From assembly GCA_964187785.1 (NCBI GenBank), contig OZ076415.1:55924001-55988000 (forward strand): a stretch of DNA of 64,000 nucleotides, read 5' to 3'. This DNA is from Amphiscolops sp. MND2022. Lineage: Eukaryota. Shown piece after piece: positions 50,865 to 63,400 of the stretch (the stretch's first letter is position 1; each line of letters opens with the position of its first letter). The notes under the pieces were generated by a model that was not told the origin of the DNA, ran no database searches, and worked only from the letters and a program-made list of their open reading frames with translations. Both the position numbers and the translations under genes were made by a program.

Positions 50865-51496
50865 GACTGTCTGTAGAAACCAAAAACGCTAGTGTTCCCT
50901 TTTGTCGGGCGGTATTAATTACTACGGGTCTGATTGGAAAATTTGGAACAATACGCAGGGGGTGATTCTGGGGTTTGGAGGTTGGCTTTAAGTTTTTCAA
51001 TGTCACCGGGCATCACGATGTTCAGGTCACCGGTTTCCACTAAAAAGACCATCACTGTGAGGGGAGGCTTTTTTAATTGACTAACTACTGTTTACCTATT
51101 AATCGTTCATTGAGAAGCTCGCTTGTATTCAAAAGGTCATTGCCGCTAACTAGCAGACTTTTTAATTCTTGTACGAAAGCGTATAGTCTAATATTTGTAT
51201 TCTTACAGACAAAATTTTATCTGCAATTACGCTGCTCAAATTAAGAAGTCTCTTCGGAAATGAAGGATTAACTTCGGATTTTTTGTAAAGATTTCATCAC
51301 GGAAAAAATGTATGTGGAAATCAAACAGTTACAGAAAATTTTTTGAGCCTCATGAAGCTGATTTTTTGAACTGCTGTTTGAATAGATTCCAGAGCCCTCC
51401 CATCTTAGAAGGTCGAAAGCTGAGACGGTAAAGTTCAGATACAGCCACTGTGAAAATTGTTGAATTGCAAGTTGAATTTTTATTTTTCAGAAGGCA

Positions 51497-54400
51497 ATGA
51501 ACGTTGATGGCGGCCCAGTTGGATCTGCCTCAGGTGCTACCGGTATGCCCCCCGTCACTTCTGTCACAAACCTCGATGCTTACTCCTACCAACCTGAGAA
51601 GAGCGTCCTACCACCCCACACGTCTGCCTCCCGATATGAATACCCCCAGTCACACAGCACCTTCGCCAGACCCTGGCAGAGCAACGATTGGGTGAAACCC
51701 ACTGTGGAGAGCAGTCGTTCACCTTCTTACAACACCCAGCAAGATGTACCCTCTGCCTATTTCAATGGAAACGGAACTAACTTCTCTGGATCGGTGCCTC
51801 AATCCAGGGATGGCCCTGACTTATAAGAAATATACATCAACTAGAAATTGTTGAATTTAAATCCTGTGTTTCTAGAGATACCTTGTTTTTGGAAGGGCAC
51901 TTGAAACTCTTGCAAAAATTCGTCAATTAAGCTAGAAAATCTTTCATTATTATCTTATCAATGTTATAGTTTTTTACACTTGCGATAAGCAAGTGTTATG
52001 GGAAAGGCGGGCGCTTTTTTTCCGGGCGACAACTCTCTCATTTCACGCGGCAAGTCGCACAATTCACGCGCTCGTGGTCTAGTGGTGAGATGTTTGCTTT
52101 TCAACCCTGGCAGAGGTTTCATGTTCGAACCTGTGCGTATGCGCTAATTTTTTAAAAGTGTTCCGAAGCAGGTTTTCGCTTTTTTCGGCACTATGAGACT
52201 CCCCCTTTTTGGCTTTGACTTTCGAAAATTTTTTAATGTCCCCAAAGTGTCCTTCCTTCAATTCGTTTGATATTTTACAACAGAACAAATGTTAGAAAAT
52301 CCCAAATGATCCCTCTTTTCAGATTTTTTGGCACTGAGACTGTGAAAAATTCTCATTTTTTTCGAAAATTTTTCAAAGACTCCAATAGGTTCCCCTTCAA
52401 TTTTTTTTGAATTTTTGCAACAGAATGGATGTTAAAAAATTTCAAAGGGTCCCCTTTTACAGTTTTCGGCATTGTGAGATTTTTTAAAAGGAAGAAAAGG
52501 AAGAATTTTTGTCTTAAAATTAGGTTTTCTCAGGCCCAGCAGGCTATATCCGATTTTCGTTTTTTTTAAAGACCGGTGTTTTTTCTATGCGACTTTTTTT
52601 GAATTCGTTTTTATCGAAGCCCCCCTCAATTTTTAGGAGTCGGAAAAAATTTTCGACTACTTATGCAATCGTGTCGTTCTTGTTTTTTTTCTCCCGATCT
52701 TTTCATGAAAATTTCAAGTTTCTCAAAAACTGTCCCTACGATTTTCATAAAATTTTGCAGTCATTCTACACCCAAAAGGGCCCCTACGTGCTGAAAGGCA
52801 TCAAAATCGTATGACTGGAATGTGAGAAACATAGCCAAAATTAGCCCAAAAATTTCTTCGATTTTCTCAAAAACTCTTCATACGATTCGAACGAAATTTT
52901 CTACAGTCATTCTACCCATATTAAAGACCTATATGTGCAATGGCATCAAAATCGTATGGCTGGGATGTGAGAAACAGCCAAAATTAACCCAAATATGGCC
53001 AAAAAACAGCCATTTTTTGACTTTTATTGATTTTCTCAAAATTTCTATGCGATTCGAACGAAATTTTCTAGTCATTCTACACCATGATATGGTCCTATGT
53101 GTGCAATTTCAATAATCTCGTATGACTGGGATTCGAGTGAGTCAGAAGACTTATTTCTAATTGGTTTCCATGGAAGCCCCTTGAAACGAAACGTTTTGCG
53201 AGCATAAAGGGACTCCTCAGGGTTTTCGGGACTATGTGACTTACCAGAGACCTTCATCAAAAATTTTTTCGAACATTTTCGAGAAAATTATTTTCCTCAA
53301 CTCTTTTTCATTTCTGAAAGGTTGTCGGTTGAGAATATGGGTTTTTGCTGTTTTCAGTAGGGGAAGAATGGTTTTCGAGGCTTATGCGTATCCCTTCGGG
53401 TATTTTTTGGGGCTGTAAAATTGATGAAATTTTAACATTATTGTCCTTTTACCCTTGGTTGTCTGTATGATACTGCTCTTTGGTTTTCTTTTGAAAAGTT
53501 CACAACTTTCTTAAGTGTTTGCGAAGCACGGCTTCGCCTCCGTGTTAAACGTTGTATATCAAGGAGTATGTCGACTCTAAATCGATAGAATGCACAAGAA
53601 ATTGAAAGCCATCCTTGTGACAAACAGTGAGCACCAAACAATGCAGACAGCACTTCCCTCTGTATCTTCCCAGAGAGCAACAGCAATGAGTGACTTTAAA
53701 CCTCCCCGAATGCTTCACAACGATGGAGGACAAACATCTAGTATCCTACCGCCTTCCACAACTAACTTCGCTCCCGTTCAGCCTCCGCATCCAGTGATGA
53801 CCAAAACATTAAATTGTACCCTTAAACTCCTGAAAGTTGGAGTATGATTACTTTGTACTTCTTTATTCAATTTTTGCGTTGACGGGAATGTGGAAACGGA
53901 ACGAGAATCATTTTTGGCTGATTCACGACCTGTTTATATGAGTTGTTCCAAAATGATGGCTTTTTCAATTCGAGTTTCATTCATTGATGTAAATCATCTT
54001 TGTTTTTACACATTGAGTTTCTACAACTGAAGTTACCATCGTTAATTGGATTGTGTATCGTATTATTGATGAATATTTTCAAAATTTAAAGGTGTATACA
54101 TCATTTACTCAAATAGGTTTTTCCCAAGTTTTTCAGTTTCACTAAATCATATCAATAAAGAACAAATGTCTTTCCGAGAGCTTGCTATTTTGGTGTACCG
54201 TATATCGTATACAAATAGCTGGTCATGACGAATCATCTATTACATCAGAGCATGCCACCATGTGAACCGTACTACCCCATGCCGCCGCCGCCGCCTCCCC
54301 ATCAGTATCCCCCCTCTGGGCCCCCTCCTCACTCTGTGCCCTACCCAAATTACTCCTACTACCCTGCACAACACCCACCTCACATGACCGCTTACCCTCA

Positions 54401-57400
54401 GGCCCCACAGCCGCCCGTCACGACCATGTACTCTTACCCTACCCCGCCTCACAAAGACCAACATCACCAAGGTTGGGCGTGAAAGTTCATTTAATCTGAA
54501 GTAGTACTGTATTTATAGTGGGATTTTTGAAATGCGCCGGGCATATATGCACAATGTTCCAATTGGTACTTGGCAATTTAGAGTCCAGTCGTGTCAAAAG
54601 ATATCATGACAAAAGTGTAATACCTGATTTTGTGTGAGCATTTTCAAAATATATATTGATAAATTGATCATATTAATGAATATTACTACAAAAGTGTTTA
54701 TGTAACTTACTATTTGTTCATCTCTAGTTTCGCGTGTTTCGTTTCTGTTTCTAAAGTTATGATCATTTTCATCACAAGCGTTGGATATTTTGCCGATTTT
54801 CAGTTTGCTTGAAAAGTATGAATTTTGAAGATTTTAGGAAGCAGGTATAAATTTCTACTGACATAATTCATAACCACAAATTGGCTATTTTTAGATGAGT
54901 TTTCAGGTATTTTCCAGTTGTGAAAAAGGCAATTATATTTAAAAAGTAGTTGCTCAAAATTTCTCCTAAAAAACCGAATGAACACGTTACACCACACATA
55001 GATGAGTTTTTTCGCATTTGTGAACGGCCCAACCTTTATCGCTTAACAGAACAAATGGTTCCCCAGACCCCAGAGTCATTGATGCCACCGTCACTCTCTG
55101 GTAATGTGAAATCAGGCGGTACTGGCAACTTGACTCCTATTCATCAGATGACAGAGGAAAGCGAATTCAGTAATTCCATGCAAGATATGAAAAGCTGTAG
55201 TGACGAAGCACCCGAACTGGCCTATTACGATCCAAGTTGGGAGGTCTGGGAAATGTTCAGGAAAGTGTATTCTGCACAATTAATGAAGTTTAAAAGATAA
55301 TTTCAAATTTTTAAATCAAGAAATTGGATTAAAAAAACCTCCGTTAAGACCAAGAATTTGACAATTGAAGATGCAAAATCATCATTTCACCATTTGATGA
55401 AAATTTGTAAGGCCCGACAGTAAAGTGAATTGACAACGAAAAGTTTGTGAAGGGCTCAAAAGGTTCTTGTGCAAAACCATCGAACTGACCAGGTTAACTC
55501 CTCCAAGTTATTGTGGAAAAAACCCTGAAAACATTAAGAGTGAGATTTTGCACTATACTATTGTGAGAAAAGTAAAGAGCAATACACTACAGGAAGGATG
55601 CCAAACTGAGTGAGTTGTTTCCTGGCCGCGATCGCAGCAAAATCAGGCGGGTGCTAATGAGTTGCAAACAGAACATGCGACAGTCAATCATCAAGCTATC
55701 AAGCGAGAACAACCAGCCCAAGTTCACTCCTCAGTCTTCAAAGGTAGGATTGACCTTCATCAAAAACAATTCATGTGGCCAGTGCATCAATTAATGTAAT
55801 CTGTTTCGAATGCATTGATGATTCTCAATTTGACGTTTTGCAGAATCAGGTGTAGAAATTGATGTCTACAAATGGTGTGTTAGACAAACGATTAGCTGAA
55901 AAAGTGTCGAATAATTTTCTGCTTGCATATGATTTGGGTGTCTTACATTGCTTCGATGCATGTCGGTTTAAGGGCCAGCATTCGAAGCTGCTGATGGACG
56001 AGCTCAACAATCTGAGTGACATTGAGAAGATGCCGGATATTGACAAGATGGAAGAAGACGACCAAGAGGAGGAACAATATACAACAAGTGACATCTCATG
56101 CATCATTCAATTTTTTCACAAACATCCATCGTCATAATCCAGTTTTATTTAGCTTTCCTGGTCATTCTAAATATTCTTTAAAAATTACGTCGACCTCATC
56201 AAATTTGCTATAAAGCTATGCAGTATTTGGTGCAATTTGACTTTAAAATTTGGGAAGACTTAGCATTTTTGGATGAGTTGTAAGTTAATCAACGGAAATT
56301 CAAAGTGCTTTTTGAGAGAAATATTGACGATTCTGGTAAGGCGATCGAATCGTCCAATGTTTTTTCTCATGCTCTGATGGTCATTATGATGTAAGACATG
56401 AGATTTCACAGAGAGCCTGGAACCTACGAACCCCATCACAGGAACGACAGAAGATGAGATCAGGAAGCAGCAGGAATGCCTGGAGTACGAAAGACTCATG
56501 GAGTTGTACGACAACGACAAGACCATGGTAGAAAAGGCCCTCCAGGTCAGTGACCTTTGCTCAAATAATTCTTCAGTCTATGCTCTATAGAAGCTGGTGC
56601 TGTTAGGCGAAGTGTTTCATCAGAGTAAGACAGAGTATTACCCTGGTCATAAATTTCCACCGTTTCTACCGTTTTGATATGGATTGTGTATTTGGAATGA
56701 AAATTCAAGCCAGGTTCTTTCTGAAACAATCATTAAGAAAGGGAATGTTCATTAGAGCATGTTTCAGGTATATAGAGACGAGAGAGCAGCCGCCGCTGCA
56801 GAGGCCAAGTTGCAAGCAGCAGCCGCTGAGAAAAAACGTAGATCGCGACAGACATCCAAGTTTGCTCTGGTTAGACGTTTGATCTTGTTTTAGTGCTGTA
56901 ATTTCAAGTTCCTTTCAAAAACCTGTTTGAAAACTTCAGGGATGGCACCAGCGATCAGTCATTATGAAACTTTTATTATACTTATTTTGAAGATGAAAAT
57001 TCGAAGCACTTTATAGTTGTGTGATGACATCACGTTTTTTTTTGCCAGAGTGAAGACGCTCAAATAGATCCTATAATGCCACCGAAGTGGTGCACAACTG
57101 CCCGCACCAGGGCGAAGGCTGCCGAGGGTCCCAGAAGAGGAACGGGTGGTGGGTCCCTACATATGTCTGACGTCATACGAGACGATGCCACTCTGGCCGC
57201 ACTGGGCATACCTCTGTCAGACGAAGAGGATTCCGAGGAAGAGAAAGACAACAAGAAGGTGAGCGTTGGGTTGAGGAGACCTCCCGTGGGACAGGAGGAC
57301 GATGAAAAAGACGAGGATTACGAGCAGGAATCCGGTACTGAGTATACTTATCTTTACTGAGGGTAACGGCGGAAGCCTTAGAAGTAAACCAAAAACAGCT

Positions 57401-60400
57401 CTAGGTGCCATTGGCGGCATATCGTAATAATGCCTATGCTCTTTATTGTTAATCTAAAGACAACAATCCGGGAATGGCCCAAGTTGACGCCGCCCAGACA
57501 AGGCTCACGAAGCGTTAATTTCATCAAATGTTGTCGGTATCTGTTTTTGAGAGTTTCGTGAAATATCAGTGTCGAAATTGGTCAACTCAATGTCCGGTGT
57601 TCCGATGGCGGTTTCTTGGTTCTTATCTACTTCTGTGATTCACGGAAGATTTTACGGTAACCGCTGGTGTAAACCTTTTGGACTGTTTTTGTACATGCAA
57701 GGCGGAGGTTAGTAAAGTGGACCTTCTATTGTTCCGCGGCCCGGAGAAAAGGACCAGTCATTGGAAAACGCACTTTTTAGTCGGCTCTTCATGAAATAAA
57801 ACGCGACTATTATAATGGTTTTTCGTATTTTTTCAGTCCTTTCGAAGTGGCCATAGAAATTTAACAATGCCCTCAGGAGGCTCCCTTTCATATTTTGACA
57901 TACCGATATGATAAAAAAATTTAAGGGTTATTTTCGGCGCTGTGTTACTTTTCGAAAAAATTATATTTCCAAGGAGGTCCCTCTTTGTGTTTTTGATGTA
58001 TTAGTTGGAAACAAGCCTTTTGAGCCAAAGTGCCGCTACTTTGAATTTTGCCACCTTGCGACTTTTTTTGGAATATTTTTTTCCTAACAAAAGGGTTTTT
58101 GCTTCGTTTTTCCAAGTGAAAACAAGCCGGGAACGGCCCAAGTCGGCGCCATATCTAAGGCTCAAAAATAGCAAAAGGACTTCAAAGTGTCAAGTATTCT
58201 CTTCTACAGTACCCACATGTGGAAAAAATAGAAAAAGACATTTTTTCGAAGTTTTTATCAAATTTTTTGGTCTCCGATAAGTCGCATAGTGCCGAAAAAT
58301 GTAGAAAATGTAGAAATAGTGCCTCAAAAAAGCCTAATTAACCTCTATCTCAAGTGCCAGTAGAAGTAGTGTGACATTTAGTGTTAGTTCAAGTCAGCTT
58401 AAATAGCTTATAAAATCTGTCACTTCGTTGGTCTTAAAAAAGTCACTATAGTCTGCGTTTTTCTACGAAAAGTGCCGACTAAAAAAAGTTACTACTATAG
58501 TCTGCGTTTTTCTACGAAAGGCGCTGACTAAAAAGCCCTTTCAAGCCGAAAAGACCTATCTTTGTTTTTTTCAGCACTGTGCGTTTGATAAAACGGATCA
58601 AATATTTCAATTTTTGACAAATTTTGTACAAATGCTATTTTTGTACTGTTCACAGTTCAACAACGAAATTAGCTACTTGGCAAATTCTTGTATATGTGCT
58701 TTTTTTCTTGTCTAAAGAGTCAAGTTTTCCAAATTTTTGCAAGTTTCGGAGGTTATTGGCTACGCTCGAACCGTAAGTACATGTCACTAAATTATCTCAG
58801 TGCTCATTTGGCGTCCTATTTAAAAAGCGCTGATCAAAATGTTTTTTTTTGTATCATTTTTGATTAAATCAATGTCATTCATAGTAAAAAGATATCGAAT
58901 GCCAAAAAACGTTTCTGCCTTTGCCCTGCAAGCACTAGTAATCATTGTCAACAGCGTCCAGAATTTCATTTTAATAAATAGTCATAAAAACTGATTGAGC
59001 GTAACAATCAGGGCCTCCGTAAAAATAATTGTATTGCAGTTATTTTCAATAAATAATTTATTTTTTGGTATTTTTGTAGTCCAATAATTTATTTTCAACG
59101 GAGCTTCAGGGAAATAATTGAGGGGCTCAAATGCACTTATTAGTCGGCGCATTTTAGAAGAAAATGAGCCCGACTATTACAGTGGCTAGTTTTTTTTTTT
59201 TCGTCAGATAACAGAATGTATGCGTAGTGGACACTTTTTACAGAACAGAACTACTAAACTAAAGTACTGGATCGGCAAACGGGGAGCGTATTTAAGATAG
59301 TGCAAAGGGTCCCCCCTTTCAGTTACTCCATTTTTATCGTAAGATACAAAACCTGACGAGACAATAGGGTCCCCCCTTTGAGTTTTTTTCGGCACTGTGC
59401 GACTTTTTTTCGAAATTTTTTTTGTCTCCAAAGGGTCCCCCCTTCAATTTTTTGCTGTTTTGCGACAAAATGGATGTTGGAAAATTCCAAAGGGTCCCCC
59501 CTTTCAGTTTTTTTCGGCACTGTGAGATTTTTTTTCGAAAATAAAAAATTTTCATCCCTTCAATTTTTTGATGTTTTGCGACTGAATGGATGGTGAAAAA
59601 CCCCAAAAGGTCCCTCCTTTCAGTTTTTTTCGGCACTGTGAGATTTTTTCCGAAAATTATGTTCTCTCCAAAGGGTCCCCCTTCAATTTCTTTGATATTT
59701 TACAACACATTGGGTGTTTAAAAATCCCAAAGGGTCCCCCCTTTCAGTTTTTCGGCATTGTGAGACTTTTTTTCGAAAATTTGTTTTTTCTCCAAAGGGT
59801 TCCTCCTTCAACTGCAACAAAAATGTTGACAATTTCGGAAGTGTCCCTCTTTTAGCGCGCCAGGGGCTCGCGCTAGCGGGCCCCGGCGCGCCACTCAGTC
59901 CATTTTTTTGGTTTTTCGAAAAAAAAATTCGATAAAATTTCGAAAAAAAAATTTTTAAGTTTTTTTCAAAAGTCTTTTGCGCTTTTTGAGCCTTAGATAT
60001 GGCGCCGACTTTAGACGTTCTCGTCTTGTTGTGTAAATTATTGACAATTAGGGGTCAGCTCGATTTCAATAGTGCGGCCGCATCATACATTGTTTCAATA
60101 ATTTAACCTATTGCAATTATTTATTTTTCATACCAAGTTAAGGAAATTAGGGAATAATTGAGGGGAAGACGTCAATATTATTGCAATTATTTTTACGGAG
60201 GCCCTGGTTACAATGCCACATTTGTATTGGAGACTTTCTTCATAAATTACATGATTGGACCGGGTCAGAAGCGTAATTTCTTGCGACATAGGTAGTGGAA
60301 AGGAGGAGGACGAAGATTCCAACGAAAGCCTCAGTGGCGACCAAGACAGTGAAGTGGAGAAGGTCAGACAGAAAAGCGGCTGGCTTGGCAAGCAGAGACG

Positions 60401-63400
60401 CGGCAGGGCTAGAGGTAAATGAAACTACCACCGATAACTTTCTTTGACTTCCACCAATTGTTGTCGGTGGCATTTTATAAACAATTTTGTATGCAGGTAG
60501 AGCGTCTTCGGACGACGAGTATGCTCCCTCTAGAGGCGGAGGGGGACGCAGAAGACAGTCAGATGATGACTTCGTGGTAGGCACTGACGAAGAGGACTCA
60601 GAGGCTGCTTCAAGGGGCAGGCAGTCTGATGAAAGCGAAGAGTCAGATGTCTCTTCTGAAGACAGTGGTGACTTCGGCAGCAAGAAAAAGAAAAAGAAAC
60701 CCAACAAGAAACAAAAGCAGGCAAAACAAAAACAGAACAGTCGCAAGAGAAAGGTTAGTATCGAAGTAACAAATCTAACAGCTCATATTGACGTACCTTT
60801 GAGGTCTAAGTGGCGCCAAATATTGGAGCTATGATGCAAATAAACCATCAGTGAACATATCTAACGACTTTTGTTGACTCTGTCACCTTGCCCTTGGTGT
60901 TTCACGGGTGAATCTTTTTTGATTAAAACCCCCACTCATCTTCCAATCGATGATTATGACGATTATCGTTGTTAAGATGAAGCCTTTTTTTGGTCCCAGA
61001 CTTTAAAAACCGTAGGCTACTTGCTTGTTTTAGTATTAATCATTTTTTCTTATAGGCGGATTTGGTTTCGGACGAAGAGGAAGATGAAGCTTCTCTAGTG
61101 AAGACGAGAGGTGTGAGAGCTTCGAAGGCGACCAAAGACTACTCCGAGTTTTTCAAGAAACAGAAGATGGAGACGGCAGAGACGAAAGAAGTGGACGAAA
61201 ATGGAGAGGAAGTTGAAGCTAACAATGACTCCGAGCTCAGCGAAGAAATTGATGAGTCATCAGAAGAATACCAGGTAAACATTTGTTCACCCAAGATTTT
61301 TGAATGATGCTGAAATGGTGTCATCATCATTTCTTACCTCAAAGTTCGGTAATTTTGCCAAAGATGAATCGGATACACCCCTTTATTTAGTTAATACGCA
61401 GCTTAATTGTGACTTTTCACTCACTGTTGGTTAGAATTCCTTGTCTGTTTACTGGGACAACAGGTCTATATTGAATTTCTTTGCCCATCGTTCTTCTTCT
61501 CCATCTGAGCGTAAGAATCCAGTTTATCGTAATGGAAAGAAGAAAACTTCTCAAATGTGTCGTCTATTCCGATGCAGAAAAGGTTTGTTTTTCCCTATGA
61601 TCAATAAGTTTGCTTGAGACTTACTTTTCTTATGTCATGTCTGCACTTGCTTAATGTGAGTACAAGAGATCCGTGTAACTGATCATTTATTTCAAGCGTT
61701 TAAGTAAAGTTAGTATTTCTACTTTCGTAATTGTTGCATAGATCAATTGAATTTCTTCGAACGACTGATCCTGGCTGCTACTGTGATTGCTGTAATTGCA
61801 TTTGAACATTATAATACTTTCTCACGTGGAAAGATGTTTTTCAGATTACTTGAAATTGATAATCTCAATTAATTGGAATATTTTCTACTCATTCCAACAA
61901 AACTCGAAAGTTTTTATGAAGTTGAATCCAATTTCTTTTTTACTCCGAAGTTGTTTTGGTAACACATTACATAATGATTAGTGTGTGATATATCAATGAT
62001 CTTCATCAGATCCATTGAAGCATCGACAAGGTTTCGAGTTTACGACTGCTTCAACGCTTCCACGACTGACTTTTAGTTGTTGCATGTCTACTGAGAACTG
62101 TGGAATGATTAGAAGATCTTTTCAGGCGTCTTCTGATCCCGATGAATATGACTTGAGCAAGAAAGCCAAGAACAAAGCCAAGGCGGTCAAAGCGGCTCGC
62201 ATCAAGGCCATTCGTGACGCGAGAGACCAAAGGAGGAAGAACAGGAGGACCAGCTCTGACGAGGACCCCGATTTCAACCCCCAGCGGAAGCTCAGGGGAC
62301 AAGGCCGAAAACGCAAAGGTACCGTTTTGACCTCAGCTCAATTTTTATTTTCAAATTCTGGACACTAATTATTTTCCCAAGAAGTATCAACGGTTTTATT
62401 TGGGTTTCTGTCGAGGTCATTCTGATCGTTACTCTTTTGCTTTGTATTCGACGTTGCATGGAACAAAAGACGGCTATACTTTGGACACGTACGGCGACAA
62501 CTCATATCAAGCGACGACTCATGTCAGAAATTTGTTAATTGATCATCATTGATCATTATGATAAATAATTATAAGAAATTATAAAATAGTAACAAAATTT
62601 TACAGTAAATATTAGTGTAATGGATAATCACTTCCTTGCCACACTTTTGAGCAGAGCGCATAAAATGCGAAATTATTCCAAATAAACTTTGAAATTTCTA
62701 ATTGCAGCAAATTATAAATTGCACTTGAGGTTGAATTTAAGTATTTCTAACATATTGGCAAACCTGATACGAGTTGTCGCTTTTTCTCAATTGATATCAG
62801 GCATCGCTTGATATGAGTTGTTGCTATGCCCTGGGGACAATGTTACCGGGTTTTTAAGCCTCGCGAAGTGAGGATTAAGTTAGGCCGAAATGCATCTGAA
62901 CAGTTGGCTTATCTCAACTGTCATGCAGTAGGTTAAGGATCTGAATATTGTCCTATTTGGTTTTTGAAGCGATTCGTATTTGCAGCATACAAGCCGCCAT
63001 TGCTTAAAAATAGTCTCACGAGGTACCTGTAGATCCTTTAATATCAAAATGCCGCGATTCTCTTAACATGGTAATCGCCTAAAATCAACAGAAGGAAGCA
63101 CTGCTAAAGTTTCAAGATCATGATACTATCCATTCGAGAAACAAGCCCCGAGAACGTTTTTTTGACAATAGATCCAGATTATGTTTCTGCGTTGACTTTA
63201 TTACCTCGTTGTTTAACTACTAGGCAACTTCAGACATTTCAACCTGTAGTAGAACTTTTGAATGAAATTTTTTGGTGACACTAGCCGGATTGAAAAAAGA
63301 AAAACAACCTATAACGGAGGGTCTATGTTTCGTCTAACGCCGACTCAACTCAAAGAGCCGACTCAATTAATGTTCAAAGAGACTGGATGAAACGGGAAAA

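Noticed and set aside
60240-60746. 168-aa minus-strand ORF and similar antisense ORFs (15700, 54240, 57060, 61139, 62051)
   Set aside because: Antisense shadows of low-complexity + strand exons.
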